From Chrysemys picta bellii (lineage: Eukaryota): a DNA stretch of 64,000 nt. Below the pieces are notes generated by a model that had not been told where the DNA came from, did no database searches, and worked only from the letters and a program-made list of their open reading frames with translations. Made by a program: the position numbers and the translations under genes. Location of the stretch: contig NC_088793.1 in NCBI RefSeq assembly GCF_011386835.1, positions 129,890,001-129,954,000 of the forward strand, in the 5' to 3' direction. Below, in pieces: positions 62,485-64,000 of the stretch (positions are counted from its first letter, which is position 1; the number at the start of each line of letters is the position of its first letter).

Positions 62485-62527
62485 ATTTATTTATTTATTT
62501 ATTTATTGAGAGAGAGAGAGAGAGAGA
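62485..62527. repeat. Compound (ATTT)n-(GA)n microsatellite
   Basis: Read directly from the sequence. Confidence 0.9.
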
Positions 62528-64000
62528 TTTCCCAGTTCTCACCACTTGTAGTCAGACTATTTAGTTATTTATTTTAAGGCCAGAAGACCACCCACAGAAC
62601 ACAGGACATAAAATCTCATCTAGTAATTCCTGCACAGAACCCACCCCTATGGTTTTGATTCCAGGTTGGATTCAAAATTGCAATGGTTGTAAATTTTTAT
62701 TCTAGTTTGGATGCAACTGAAATCTTGACATTTTGGCCCCAAAGCCTTGAAAAGACAGGTCGAGAGTTTATGGCACAACTGAACAAGTAGCTTAGAGTAA
62801 AATCTAACCCGGATCTGAACAATCCCTTGAGCTCTCCAACTTTTATGGAAGGTTCATTTTTAAAAAAAAGAGCCATTTATTAGAAAAGAATGAGGGTCTG
62901 GACACTGACTTTACAAATGAGGTTTAAGCCATAATTAACTGCTAATATCCAAAATAAATTAAGCCAATATTTTAAAAGTTTGACATGGTAAAGAATTACA
63001 GGTTAATAATGCTTTATTTACTGAAGCCTGGGGAATAGTATTTGTTGTAAGTTACCTATAAGCCTTCATTGAGGATCCTTCCACTAAAATTTAGCATTGC
63101 CATCTTGTGGTAAATTCAAGATGGTGACAGAACAAAGCTACAAAATGCCAAATGTATTAGCTGCTTGAGGACTTGCAGGAAGGTATGGGTAATCTTAAAA
63201 TTTCTAGTTAAGTTTCAAATGAAATTCATGCAAATCCTAAAACAAGAGACCCTAAAGCACATCCGTCGGTAGGTACAGGTGTGGGGAGTTGCAGGGAGAG
63301 GAACATCTGTTCAAATGAGACATCAGAGATCATTTTTGCCCAACTATAAGGGAAAGTAAATATCCCATGGCACTTTTTGAAAAGAAAAAAGGATAACTGG
63401 TCTCCTTACCATTATTATCCCTCTTTATAAGACAGGTTCTAATGTTTATGGGTCTGTGAAAGTTTTTACTGAGGGTATATTAGCTGCTGCTTTTGCCTAA
63501 AGAAAATAAATAAATCACTGTACTACCAGTATTTATCTCATTGTATTCTAACTTAAAGTGTTTTGGAACTCCTACAGCAAGAAATGTGCTACTGTATAAA
63601 AGCCACATACCAGTCTACAGTTGTTTAATAAGATTAGCTGTATGACAGATACTAGCTCACAGACCCTTAGATTTGACAGGTAGGGTTAGTAGTAGGATAT
63701 TGAGCATGGTGGTTTTATTCATTTAAAATCTTTGTCTGGTAAATAAATACAGCTCTGAAGATTTTCTATCCTACAGAAGAGATGAATGGAAATCAACCGG
63801 ATAGGTTGTATTCTCATGCCTGGGCTCTGACCAATGCCTCTAAAGTACCTTAAAATGTTTTCATCTGAAGACCTCAGTTAACCTATAACATAACTCTACA
63901 TGGGAGGATCACTTACTAAACTGGCAGTAAAAGTTTTGCACTGCACCTAGATTAAAGCTGCTCACAGAGCTAAGCATGCCACATAGGTGAAGCTAACAGC

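Overview
This is vertebrate nuclear DNA, almost certainly a turtle. The evidence is tortoise-type Pol III/CR1-tailed SINEs and a turtle-like mix of hAT and Harbinger MITEs, CR1, L2, MIR, LTR and Penelope remnants. It holds the convergent 3' ends of two syntenic genes. PGBD5, a domesticated piggyBac transposase, has its last four coding exons on + (1-167, 7007-7204, 15477-15582, 19031-19226). GALNT2, polypeptide GalNAc-transferase 2, has its last three coding exons on - (59345-59471, 51446-51565, 48515-48670), encoding the ricin-type lectin domain. Splice sites and phases were checked by hand. Almost all other ORFs in the track are spurious or transposon debris. At least 14 hAT elements have readable 8-bp target-site duplications (TSDs). 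The most unusual structures are: (1) a 278-bp Penelope-type insertion at 39.85-40.13 kb with two head-to-head termini, a 15-bp TSD, an intact-looking minimal hammerhead ribozyme, and a 60-nt spacer copied from DNA 1.7-2.1 kb away; (2) a 1.7-kb near-palindromic hAT derivative whose arms include transposase coding sequence; (3) a 202-bp TG...CA element with a tRNA-like Pol III head and a CTCF-like motif; (4) a 48-bp segment flipped between two copies of one repeat family. Repeat family assignments come from recalled consensus features, not database searches.
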